Assembly (NCBI RefSeq): GCF_023055435.1
Contig: NW_025964361.1
Location: 18,662,001 to 18,726,000 of the forward strand
Origin: Haliotis rufescens
Taxonomy: Eukaryota
Direction: 5' to 3'
Length of the DNA: 64,000 nucleotides
The notes under the pieces were generated by a model. It searched no databases. It saw nothing but the letters and a program-made list of their open reading frames with translations, and had not been told where the DNA came from. The position numbers and the translations under genes were made by a program. Positions 12,530-23,914 of this stretch are shown here, in pieces. Each line of letters begins with the position of its first letter. Position 1 is the first letter of the stretch.

Positions 12530-13662
12530 ATGAGGATCATAAACCAGGGTAGTAACTCTGTTAAAATAAATCGAATTTATAACGACTGCTATATGTGTAT
12601 CAATAACTCATGTGGTGTGTAGAGCGGCATGTGTTTAGAGCGTCAGGGATATTCCCTGAAAAATATTGACATCACAAAAACAGTACCCTCTCTCACAGTT
12701 GTGCAAATCGAGCTTCATAAACCAAGGGCAGTAATTCTCTCAACATGAAAAGAAATGAAACGTGACTGTGATATGGATATATTAAACATGTGCACATTTT
12801 AACTGTAGGAGGAGTTGATTTCACAAGCTTAGTACCCTCTCTCACAATTAGGCAAATGAAGCTCTGTAAAACAGGGGCAGTAACTCTGTCAAAATTTGTC
12901 GAAATGAAACGGGACTGCGATATGCAATCATCAACATGTCGACATCTTGTGTGTAGAGTATCAGGGATATTCTCTGGAAACTGTAGGAGGAGTTGATTTC
13001 ACAAGCTTAGTACCCTCTCTCACAATTAGGCAAATGAAGATCCGTAAAACAGGGGCAGTAGCTCTGTCAAAATTAGTCGAAATGAAACGGGACTGCAATA
13101 TGCATATCATCAACATGTCGACATCTTGTGTGTAGAGTGTCAGGGATATTCTCTAAAAGCTGGAGGAGGAGTTGATTTCACAAGCTTAGTACCCTCTCTC
13201 ACAATTAGGCAAATGAAGCTCCGTAAAACAGGGGCAGTAACTCTGTCAAAATTAGTCGAAATGAAACGGGACTGCGATATGCGTATCATCAACATGTTGA
13301 CATCTTGTGTGTAGAGAGTCAGGGATATTCTCTAACAGCTGGAGGAGGAGTTGATTTCACAAGCTTAGTACCTCTCTCACAATTAGGCAAATGAAGCTCC
13401 GTAAAACAGGGGCAGTAACTCTGTCAAAATTAGTCGAAATGAAACGGGACTGCGATATGCGTATCATCAACATGTTGACATCTTGGGTGTAGAGTTTCAG
13501 GGATATTCTCTGGAAACTGCAGGAGTTGATTTCACAAGCTTAGTACCCTCTGTGGGACGGACAGACGGACGGACGGTCAGACATACGGACGGACAGACAG
13601 ACGGACAGACTGCGCCACGACATAATCCCCCTTCGGCCATTCTGGCCATGCGGGGGATAAAA
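12530..13662 (+). mobile_element. Helentron-associated non-autonomous element (HINE-like) with a 179-bp tandem array
   Basis: About 4 conserved plus 1-2 diverged 179-bp units (ggaggagttgatttcacaagcttagtaccc near 12808, 12987, 13166, 13345, 13520), then a (GACG/GACA)n microsatellite at 13555-13609 and a terminal hairpin atcccc...ggggat; this is the layout of mollusc HINE/pearl-type elements. Confidence 0.75.
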
Positions 13663-14701
13663 AGCTGTGTGATGACAATTTTCCTTGACAAGACCAGTTT
13701 TCTTACTTTGATTTGGAGATATCTGAAGGCAAATCTACTTAAGCTGACAGATTGCAATACATGGAACTGCCAGGTATCCATTCTCCTGAGATTCACAAGG
13801 GATGGAAACCAGACACTCTACATATCTTCTTTTGTAATTGTCAAGTTGATGGTGTATAGTCTTCTTTGCAGATGGAACTTCTAGAAAATATTGCATCTGA
13901 GATTTATCAAGGATTTATGGATGGAGACCCTGTGCTCAAGGAGATGCTCAGGATCTGGAACATGTCAACAGAATTGGAAAAGTTGTTAGAAGATCGAATG
14001 GTATCACCCATAAGAATCTGCCCATGGTAGGTGGAGGCTGACACACAATGAATGAGGAGCTTTATTATGGGATACATTCACAATGTTTGCCTGATTACAA
14101 GAAGAATCAGAAACTGGCAATATAAGCCATAAAGACATCACCTGGACTCAAAAAGACAATGAAGATGTACTGAAACTAAAGACACAGTTTGAGAGATTCT
14201 GACATAACAATCCTGAACCAGTAAGTCTCGCAACTGGGGTCGCCACATCTGAAGACATTAAAGCTGATCTGTAAAATGTAAAGGCCAATGGACAGCATTT
14301 CCTGAGAAAATTTGTAACTGAACAGTTCATCAACAAGTCAAACAGTTTGAATGACATCATTCCTTGAAGAAAATCTAAGACCTTTGGTTCCTTGGACATA
14401 ATTTAATTGCCAACTGAAAAGGTGACATCATTAATACCTAAGCCAATCATGATATCTTTCGTAGAATCATTGTTGCAATAGAGTCTGACTGTAATGTAGA
14501 TGTAGACAGTCTACTGGGACAAGAACTGTCTGTTGGGAACTTGAGACCTACAGACAAGGCAGAACTAGAATCTTTCATAGTAAACAGTTCTTCAACTCCA
14601 GAACCACCCTCATTTCCTATGTCATCATGCAATATAATTGAAGCCTATAAATTGAAATAGGGATCGAAGCCTGCTATAAGCAAAGACGTTTGGTGATTTA
14701 A

Positions 14702-15738
14702 CATCTTCCCGAGGCAAGAGAGTTAACTGACTATAAAAGTCCAGTTTCCACCCTTGCCGAACTAGGCTGCAATTATGGAGTTACATTTTGGCTGGACTAA
14801 CGAGTCTATGCATAGTCCAATCAAAAATGCGTAACGAACAAGACATCCGATTCAAAACAACATTGATTTCAACATGCAGATTTTGGTTGACTGCAGGATT
14901 TGAAAAACATGTGTACTGCCAACTGAGCATCGACAGATATTTTACAAATTCAAGGTGCTCACGTGATTTGATGCACTTTACAGGTTAAGACCCGTTTTAT
15001 TACAACATAGATCTTAATTATCGAGCAAGCTCATTAAAATCAGACCTTAGTTCTCGCTACCACTAAACAAAGATCTGAGGACATCCCATTACGGGTAACG
15101 TCAGCCGACCTTGCGCGAACTTTGACCGACCAGTAGAATGACCAATCAGAAGGCAGCTTTCTCGTGCTTTACGGCACTAATTTCAAATTGGCAACTACGC
15201 TTCGAAACATATTTTGACAAATTCTCGATTACAAATTTGAAACCTAAACAAAAAAAACATTCTGGAATGGCTGATAGATGGTGTAGATTGTATAGATTCA
15301 GTCGTTAAACCTGTAACTATCGTTCGGAATACCCCGTGTTAAAGTTTTCGAGGTTGTATGATTAGAAATCACATCCTGACTGTCATTTTCATGATCTGGT
15401 AAGCGATGCTCTCATTGGTCGGATGAAAGTTCGATCTGACGTGACCCCTAAGGGGATATCTTTAGATCTTTGTTTAGCGGTAGCGAGAACTAAGGTCTGC
15501 TTTTAATGAGATTGATTATCTAGAAGATCGTCTTGACTGGGCACCCCCATTTTGTTTGAATCAAATGCAAGTGATATGAGAGATGGAATCTGATTGGTCA
15601 ATAGGAGGAACATAGAAGGGACATAACTCGTAACACCCAGTGATGGCACTACGATCAAGCCTGGAAATTCCAGCCTAGTTCGGCAAGGGTGGAAACTTGA
15701 CTTCTATAGACAGTTAACACCCTTGCCTCGGGAAGATG
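14702..15738. mobile_element. Non-autonomous TIR element with ~70-bp TIRs and 9-bp TSD
   Basis: catcttcccgaggcaag...cttgcctcgggaagatg; TSD gtgatttaa / gtgatttag (14693-14701, 15739-15747). Confidence 0.9.
15026..15514. mobile_element. MITE (CAATCTCATTAAAATCAGA family), 9-bp TSD
   Basis: Long imperfect TIRs; TSD attatcgag / attatctag; same family as 44517-46279 and 33666-33740. Confidence 0.9.
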
Positions 15739-18559
15739 GTGATTTAGCTGATGTCATCATTCAAGTTGTCATCTCAAACCTAACCACTTGTTGCTCTAGA
15801 GTGGATGTGGTCTTGGTAAGTCCTACACTAAAAGTGGAACAAGAGTTGTACTGGAGGTCAGAGACCAATAAACAGATTGACTGACAGTCAAGACATCAAA
15901 CTACAAGACAGACAGATGCAATTCATTGGATTGAATGAGAACATGGCCAGTTTAGCAAGTTAGAAGTTTCAAACAATCTCATGTTAAGCTTAGACAAGGG
16001 AGGGAAACGGTCCTGAGTGGTGGATCTTATTGATCAGTGTTTCTCATCAACTCGCCAAGATGTTGCAAGTATGGCATCCAACCATGAAGAAGCTGACATT
16101 GGCATCAATCTTCACGTCATTTATTCTCAAACCTCATAATATCAATGCACTGTTGAGTTGAATAGACACTGATTTCATAAAACTACTGATTGCCTTCTAC
16201 CAAATAAGCCTTGATGAAGACTGAAACATCTAAGGATCCCAGGTTCAAGGGGATTTCATCAAGGGTCTTTCAGATATTTGTTGCAGCCTAATGGCACTTA
16301 ATGCCCTTACAGGATGTGACACAAGCCAGTTTTCAAGAATTTCAAGGAAATGTTAAGAGAAGAATCAAAAACTAATCATACATTTTAGCAGTGAACAGAA
16401 CCCCACAACAGAGGAACGAGCGTGTGCAGAAGCTTTTGTTTGACAACTGTATGAACCTGGAACACATCTCACTTCCATTCACAGCCTGTGTTGATTATAC
16501 TCCCAGAAAATGAAGAAACAAATGACAAATGACCACCAACGGAAGATGCCCTTTGTTTTCACTTAAAATAAGCTAACTATCAATCACTTGTCTGGAAACA
16601 TTTCCATCCACCCAAAACAGTATTGCCATCACCCACTGACTGTGGATGGACAACTAAGATGGAAGTCTTCTGCCTCTATTCACAGCCAAAACTGCTGTTC
16701 CCGCAGCCGGTGTTTAACTTATAACTTGTTAATCAGGATGTCGCTGTCAGACAAGACAGTGCAAATGCACCAGATATGGACAAGACTGTAATGATGCTTG
16801 CAAATGTGCATCAGAAGAATACTGTCTCAACCCTAACAATGCTGATAGCAGTGAAAGTGATGTGGAATACACTTTTGTCACTGACTTTCCTACAAAATTC
16901 CTATTACTGGCCAACCTTGAGATCATAGAAATATGCACATTTGATGAAGTATAATTGCCTAAATTGTGAAAAAAAATGTTCTTAGAATATCTAGATAAGT
17001 TGCTGTGAACAAATGATTCTCTCAAAAATGTGTATAATATAACTTTATTACATTTGATTTGAAAAATGATCTGTTACAACTATGTTGGAAGTGATTTCTC
17101 TAGAGTTTATAATAGTTTCCGCATATTTGATCTTTGTATGACCTAACCAAGTGCCAACATGTATGAATGGACAGTATTACATGGTCTATGAAATATGGTA
17201 GTAAAACAAGTCTACCCTGAATGTTTAATGACTGTCATTTCTAACGCCTCTTTTGAGACTGGCTCCAAGACTATGATTGTTTCCACTTGATTAGGTGAGC
17301 TACGAAATCCCGTAACTCGTCAAATGACAAACCCACTGTGGAGGGAATGTAGGGGAAAAGGCGGCTGACCCAATGACTGGCTAGAGTCAACATGTTTGAC
17401 ACAGGCCAGAGTTCCAGCACCAGCCACAACCAAAGTAGCAAGTAAGTGGGTCACTACCAGCAATACAACTGAACTGTAGAGCATTGTAATCAGAAACATT
17501 TCAGTGTTTATCATATTTACCCGGTTGCAACTCTAAAATTAATGGCAGTGTGTGGTTGTATTACAACTTGTTCAGAAAAGCCTTGAAAAAGAAGTTATTT
17601 ATGCAGACTCTTGCTACTTATAGTCTTAATGCCTCAGCTTCTTAAAATAGGCAACTGGTAAGAAGTAGCACGAACATGAGTGGAAAGGATATTGCAATGG
17701 TCATACGAAAAAAGGCTTTTCCAATTCTTATTTTGAAAATTGAATTGGAACCTCTGAACAAATTTCTCGTATCATCATGTGAAGTTTCAGCTTCATTGGT
17801 TCATTTGCTATGAGAAGATAAATACAGATCCCATGCTCACTTAAATTATGAGGACATAATTTTGCAACAACTTGGTGACAAACATCTATAGTGACTATAT
17901 TTAAGACAAATTGGTTCATAGATGCTAGAAAAAATAAAAACATAGAAATTTTGCCACATTTTTTTTATGTTTGAGTGAAGTCTTAAACAAATCGAATCTT
18001 CTTATAGTCACTTCCATTCACAAAAATGTTTCAGCTTTCTAGACCTTGTGGTTCTTAAGAACAAGATTCTAATTGTTTTGAAAATTTGATGTGTTAAAAT
18101 ATAATCATAATAAAGAAAATAAAGATATCTTCATGCGAAGGAACATGCATGCTACATTTCAGCCTCATCAGTCAAGCAGTATCAGAGAAGATACTGCCCT
18201 GTAAAAGGTCTTTCTACTGCAAGAATCAGTGTGGGTCACAGGGTCATGTACATTTTCAGTAGTTCTCACAAGAAAGAGTCTCCTATTTGAAGGGCTGTTC
18301 TTTACCTTTGTCTTAATGACTGAAATAATAGGTCAAGGGAAAATTCTAGATGTGCATCTTTAAAAATGTCAAAATCACGCTGCGTTTTTTTTGTTAACCA
18401 TGATGCATGTTACATTACATTTGCATAGCCATAACCAAGTTACACGATATGGAATCTGTACTTGGAAATGCATACAAGTTCTTTACACTTTAGAGAGATA
18501 GAGGGAAACCATTTATTGATTTAGATTTACCGAACTGCCCAAGCTATGGTGTTTTCAAT

Positions 18560-19025
18560 TCATAACATCGAGTCTACGGTATGATAAGAAAACAAAACAG
18601 GTATAGGGGTGGTCTCAAAAACAAAACTGGGGCGTAAAAGGATTCAGACAGATTTGATACAGAGTGATTAGGCGTAAAGTGTACAAGCTTTATGAGCAGA
18701 AGGTAACCCTGACTTGTAGGAGAATTTGGGAGGAATTAAAGATACAATTAATGTTTCCCGGACTGCACTATTGCTCTCCAAGAGATGGGATTTCGATACA
18801 CTGCGCATGGCGATGACCAAGCACTTTTCAGGGGAAAATATTCCATCCTGTCTATGAGGTCACATTATCTCCCAACCATTCATAACTATCACAGTCAGGG
18901 CGTCCAGATAGTTTACCTTGGTGAATCATTCCAGTGACTACATGTGGCTATCGGCAGATGGACGAAAAGCACCTATGGTACCATCAGGTAAAGGTAATCG
19001 TGTCATTGTTTTGCACGCTTCAACC
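18560..19025 (+). pseudogene. IS630-Tc1-mariner transposase fragment (PSGKG.R.IVLHA type, possibly DD82E/Sailor)
   Basis: DGRKAPMVPSGKGNRVIVLHA at ~18957-19020, preceded by degenerate VYL(D)ES and NVSRT motifs. Confidence 0.5.
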
Positions 19026-19638
19026 CATAATAGCCAAGGGATGTTGAGATCTTTCAATATTTGTTCGTGAAACGTGTTCCGAGAGTACATAAGCACGCGT
19101 TCTGGTATTACACAATGTGTAATACAGCTGTATGTTTATTAAACGGGTGATCTCCTCACAGGCAAGTAATAAATGTTAAAATCTTACATTAAAGAAAGCA
19201 AAATATGAGGCAACAGACTTTTCAATTCACACTTTTATGTGGATTAAATCAGACTGCCACTGATCCAACAGTTCATCTATTTAACCTGGCTACTGAAAAT
19301 ATTAGATCTAGACTCAATCAATGCAACATCCTTCATAATTGCATTTAGCAAATAGAAGATGTTTCTCCTAATTGATTTACATATCTGACCAACCATGAGA
19401 TAAGGGACCTTATGGGTGAAATTTCACATTTTGACTTTTTATTATATTTTAAAACTACAGCAACTTCGGAACACAAAAATACAATTCACAAGCTTCAATT
19501 CACATTTATTAAAGAGATACATGACATCACACATTGTCACTGAAGTAAGTTGACGTCAAACATCTTTATGACGTCGTAGCACAATTGTATCCTAGCACTG
19601 TTACAACCATTAATGTAAAAATTACTCTTAATGTAAAA

Positions 19639-19799
19639 GGGGCGGTCGGGTAGCCTAGTGGTTAAAGCGTTCGCTCGTCACGCCGAAGACCCGGGTTCGA
19701 TTCCCGACATGGGTACAATGTGTGAAGCCCATTTCTGGTGTCCCCCGTCGTGATATTGCTGGAATATTGCTAAAAGCGGCGTAAAACCATACTCACTCA
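19639..19799 (+). mobile_element. tRNA-derived SINE, full length
   Basis: A box TAGCCTAGTGG, B box GGTTCGATTCC, body, (ACTC)n tail; 12-bp TSD cttaatgtaaaa at 19627-19638 and 19800-19811. Confidence 0.92.
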
Positions 19800-19940
19800 C
19801 TTAATGTAAAATGTTTTACATTAAGAGTAACAACCCGCAACCCTTAATGTAAAAATAATTTTGTTTACATTAAGGGTAAATATCAAACATATCATTTCTG
19901 AAAAAGTAATGATTGCTTCTTCCTGGCATACCATACATAC

Positions 19941-20097
19941 CTGATCAAACACTCTTGCAACAACATGTCTGTCCAGTATAGGAACATACTTTGAACGGTG
20001 AGGAACAAATGTGGGAGACAAAGCATCCAGGATAGTTAATCTTTTGGCCATAAGACTGTTCTTCTTCAACCACACCTTGGATGAAACATCATTGTCC
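19941..20097 (-). CDS. VWA3B: Internal coding exon of VWA3B-like gene
   Basis: Acceptor tgtttcag, donor gtatgt; 157 nt, phase 2 to 0; DVSSKVWLKKNSLMAKRLTILDALSPTFVPHRSKYVPILDRHVVARVFDQ matches the recalled VWA3B segment (KLTLMDAL..VPH..YVPVLDKHVVSKVFDE). Confidence 0.85.
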
Positions 20098-20362
20098 CTG
20101 AAACAATAGCAACAGACTAACAAGAAAGTGTTTTCATTGCATGCAAAAGAGGAAGGAGCTCCATCCCAACCTACGCCCCAAAATGTTTCTCATCAGATAC
20201 ATGTACCCTGAACGACTTGAACTTCAGCAGTCAGGAGACAGCTGACCTCACCAATATATCTTTTAATATTCATCTATGATCCCTTATGTTGTATAATGTG
20301 GAACAACTTTTAAACACAAAGTCCCAACTCACGACCATTCTGATCTCAGCCCTCCACCTAAG

Positions 20363-20790
20363 TGTAACGGCCATAAAATTTCTGAGTCCCGTGATGGGAT
20401 TCGAACCACGGACCTTCTGATCTGAGGTCGGACGCCTTGTCCACATGACCAAAGAGGTTAACCCCGTCAGCAAGCTGACAAGGTAAGGATGTCATCTGTG
20501 GGATGACTCCACGCCCTGCTACATACTCCCCCGTCAACAGAAGGCACGTCCCGGGCCGCATAGTAGGGTACTGAGGCTTATTTTGCTCAAATTTAATATG
20601 AACGTGCTCAGCCCCACGTTGGGCGCCAATGTAACGGCCATAAAATTTCCGAGTCCCGTGATGGGATTCGAACCACGGACCTTCTGATCTGAGGTCGGAT
20701 GCCTTGTCCACATGACCAAAGAGGTTAACCCCGTCAGCAAGCTGACAAGGTAAGGATGTCATCTGTGGGATGACTCCACGCCCTGCTACA
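20363..20790 (-). mobile_element. Complete TRIM with tRNA-like LTRs (Helenus/TRIMp3-like)
   Basis: Two 161-bp TGT...ACA LTRs (20630-20790, 20363-20523; 2 mismatches); PBS TGGCGCCCAACGTGGGGC (20628-20611; tRNA-Lys CUU type); PPT GACGGGGGAG next to the 3' LTR; 4-bp TSD TAAG; A and B boxes inside each LTR. Confidence 0.93.
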
Positions 20791-22055
20791 TAAGGAATAA
20801 CAGGCACAAAGTTTCAATGTCGAGTAAATGTTTCTCTAATTGTTAACAAACCTTTTTTAGGCTATGACCATGAGAAAGACCTTGACCCTTGACAGGGCAG
20901 ATCAATGTGTCAAAACATTCCCAGTGCTATTATTGGAATGTTATCCCTGAAATGTTAAAGCAGCGAGAGCTTTAAAAAAAAGAGTATGTTACTGTCAGTA
21001 TTTCTATATAAACATACTCTGCACAGACAATGAGGACTACCATAGTCTCTTGAGTGTATTGTGCAGCAACATATCATGCACACACCCCTCTAGGTGATTC
21101 AGTCATTTTCTTACAAAAAATCAACAAACTTTGGTCAAAACAAATTTCAAATTTTCAATAAAACATCGCCAGACATGATTTACCGTTTAAATTGTATTTT
21201 CTGTTCTGCTAGATTAAGATTACTGTGTGTATTTTCCAGTAAACTAAGCCGGAAACGGCAATCAGCTGTACACAAATTTTCTCCTGATCTGCCTGTGATT
21301 CGGTCTAAAATTACCCAACAATATCACTTCAAATTTTTTTGATACAATGATAGAAAGAAACTTAAGTCCAGATAAACAATGAACACTTTTAATAACCAGA
21401 CAGTGTAATTACCTTAAAAAAGTTTGAGTACTTCAGTACAGATTTGTTGCCATGGTATTTTCATTGTTACATGCTCACGGTAATGTCTTTGCACGGGGGG
21501 GGGGGGAACTCATTAAAACTCTAAAGATTGATTCCATCATGACACATTTCCAAGCAAACACTACCAACTGATCCTGGAAGCAAAACAAGGCGAATCCAAA
21601 CGAGTCATTAGGCCATAGAAATTGTCTCTTACAACCAGAGACAACAGTATTGTTGGAAATATCCTTTGATGACTGAGAATGATAAGGGAGGAAAAGGCGA
21701 AACTTGCCCCTCTAGAAAGTTTGCATCCTGGGGGAGAAAAATCTGAAGAGCATGGATAGGAAAAAGGAAACGTCTATTCCATATCTGTACCTACTTGAAG
21801 AAACAAAACCAGTATCTTCCACCATCTCTGCCCCTATGGCCCATCAAAAGAGCCCTGATTCATAGCCAAGAACTCTGGAACAGCTAGAGGCCGGAAAACT
21901 TTTCAATTTTTTATTGTACCTGACACCGCGTCTGGTGATCATGTTCAACAATTGGCTACGCCAACTGCCCGTCAAATAACTTGGATGCCAGCAACAGGAC
22001 CTGAAACAGGGAATTTCGTATTTCTGGTGCTTGAGAATATCCTCTTAATGTATGG

Positions 22056-22325
22056 GACCCGTGAAGATCTGGGTTGGAATAGGTCCTCAACAACCCATGC
22101 TTGCTGTAAAAGGCGACTATGCTTGTCATAAGAGGCGACTAACGGGATCAGGTAATCAAGCTTGCTGACTTGGTTGATGCATGTCATGGATCCCAATTGC
22201 GTGGATCGATGCTAATGATATTAGTCACTGGTCTGGTCCAGACTTGATTATTTACAACCGCCCCCATATAGCTGGAATATTGCTGAGTGCGGTGTTAAAC
22301 AACAAACTAACAAACCTACAAACTA
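22056..22325 (+). mobile_element. Short non-autonomous retroposon (GACCCGTGAAG family), full copy
   Basis: TSD aatgtatgg at 22047-22055 and 22326-22334; tail of CAAA/CTAA repeats. Confidence 0.88.
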
Positions 22326-22339
22326 AATGTATGGCCATG

Positions 22340-23720
22340 AATTCCAATAATGCATGCCAAACTGAGCCATCATGGCTTGTCATAACTAATGAATTCCGGG
22401 TTGACATCTCTTGCCAATGCGGCAGCAATGAAACAATACCCATAACCATTCAGTTGAGATAATAAACCATGTCAACCCAACAGAGATTAGCACTGTCAGG
22501 TGAAACCAAAGTCTCCTGTGTAAGAAACAGATTTTGGCCCATGGATGTTAGCCATAGACCGCAAGAGAACACCTAGTGGAGGAAGTATACTGTGTGCTGG
22601 TCTCAAATATAGGTAAACAAACACACACACACAGAAGATTAAAAGATTTTATTACGAGAGCATATGTATATGCACCTATGGCTATCACTTTTGATGAGAA
22701 CAAAAGACAAATGGATGTGTTTAATGTAAGGCATACATTTAATATTAATTTCATATGGAAATCAAACAATAGTTATCATTGTTAATAGATGTTAAAGATG
22801 AAATGAATAGATGGTTTTTCCAGGCTTTGATTGCATATTGTATTGTTCTCATCTCTAGTTGACTTAAATGGAGCTTCATAAGGCCGCCAAAGCCACTGGA
22901 TTGTTGAGTCCTCCATATGAGCTCCCAATCCCGGGTTGGATGGGTCCAGAAAAAGATGATAATGAAGTGTTTGAAATACCAATGGAAGGCCCTCCGTGAT
23001 GTTCTCTCGGCAAGTCCACATCTGAGTTCCTCCATTAGACTTAATAGAGAATGGTCTTCTGACATCCAACCTGGATGAACTTACATAGTTCATCCATGCT
23101 CGTAAAGTCCAAAGTAGCAATGTTACCCTGAAAGTCCTGTAACAAAGTTAGGTTCATTAAAAAAGACCTCCACCAACTGAGGGTGTGGTTGGGTTAATCT
23201 GATACCTTGGATATGAGAAAACATTCCTTCAGTGGACAGATAAGCCCCTTATTTCGTTTTGTCTTGATCTGCTGATAGAAAATCGTACCCATGCAGATGC
23301 ACTAGTTGAATGTGAGCAAAACTGATGATCGGAGCTTTGATTTGGGTGAATAGCCAGGGAGTGATGGAAATCCTGAATGGAAGCACTACAAACTTGTAGC
23401 GATGATTGTTGCTACAAATTGTAGGTCCTTTCTTAAACTCTGGATGAATGGGAACATGCAGAAAGGCATCTCCTGAAGATTTAGGCTGATCATCCAATCT
23501 CTGACCAAAAAGCCGTTCTAAGTTTTCAAAATGATGCCATCTGAAATTTCAGAGGCTGTGCAAAAAACCCTTCTTTAGACTTTCAGATCTATCATCTTTT
23601 TCATATCTGTTGTGTTCTTCTTGAGAACTAAATACAACTCAAGACAGAGATCTGTAGTTCTCAGTTCCTGATTCTACCATGTCATTGAAGAATGCCTGAT
23701 TCTAATTGTTTAAAAAGGTT
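22340..23720 (-). mobile_element. DIRS remnant (RT and RNase H)
   Basis: DAFLHVPIHP...YKFVVLPFRISITPWLFT...HLHGYD (RT); HLFLDPSNPGLGAHM and HLSQLEMRTIQYAI (RNase H). Confidence 0.8.
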
Positions 23721-23914
23721 TCCTTTTTGCTGCAGAAACCTCTTTTAAATATATTAAGCCTTTTCACACAAAAAAGTGTGGGTATGCCTATACTCATAAA
23801 CTACTTCTGCTTTCAAAATGCGCGACCACCTAAGCTAACTTTGCTAGACAGGACCTGGTATACTATCACGCTTGGTTGTCACCACTGTTGACAGTCTTAA
23901 TAGTTGGCTTATCA

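Larger units (their letters stand above)
13665..16880 (+). mobile_element. Academ-like (XPG plus Cys-rich) transposon remnant, split by nested MITEs
   Basis: IFRRII..DVDSLLGQELS..GNLRPTDKAEL (~14450-14570), SNHEEAD (~16078), ALTGCDTS (~16302), PPTEDAL.FHL..ANYQSLVW (~16533), Cys cluster CRC..C..C...CKC (~16738-16810). Confidence 0.7.

Noticed and set aside
12800-13550. Regular repeats as a CRISPR array
   Set aside because: Whole 179-bp units repeat with no unique spacers and no cas genes; the context is eukaryotic.
19639-19712. Functional tRNA-Asp gene
   Set aside because: Acceptor stem is poor, and it continues into a SINE body with tail and TSD.
20363-20790. Tandem pair of tRNA genes or SINEs, and the overlapping ORFs 20358-20807
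   Set aside because: PBS, PPT, TG..CA termini and TSD show LTR structure; the ORFs are by-products of the repeat.
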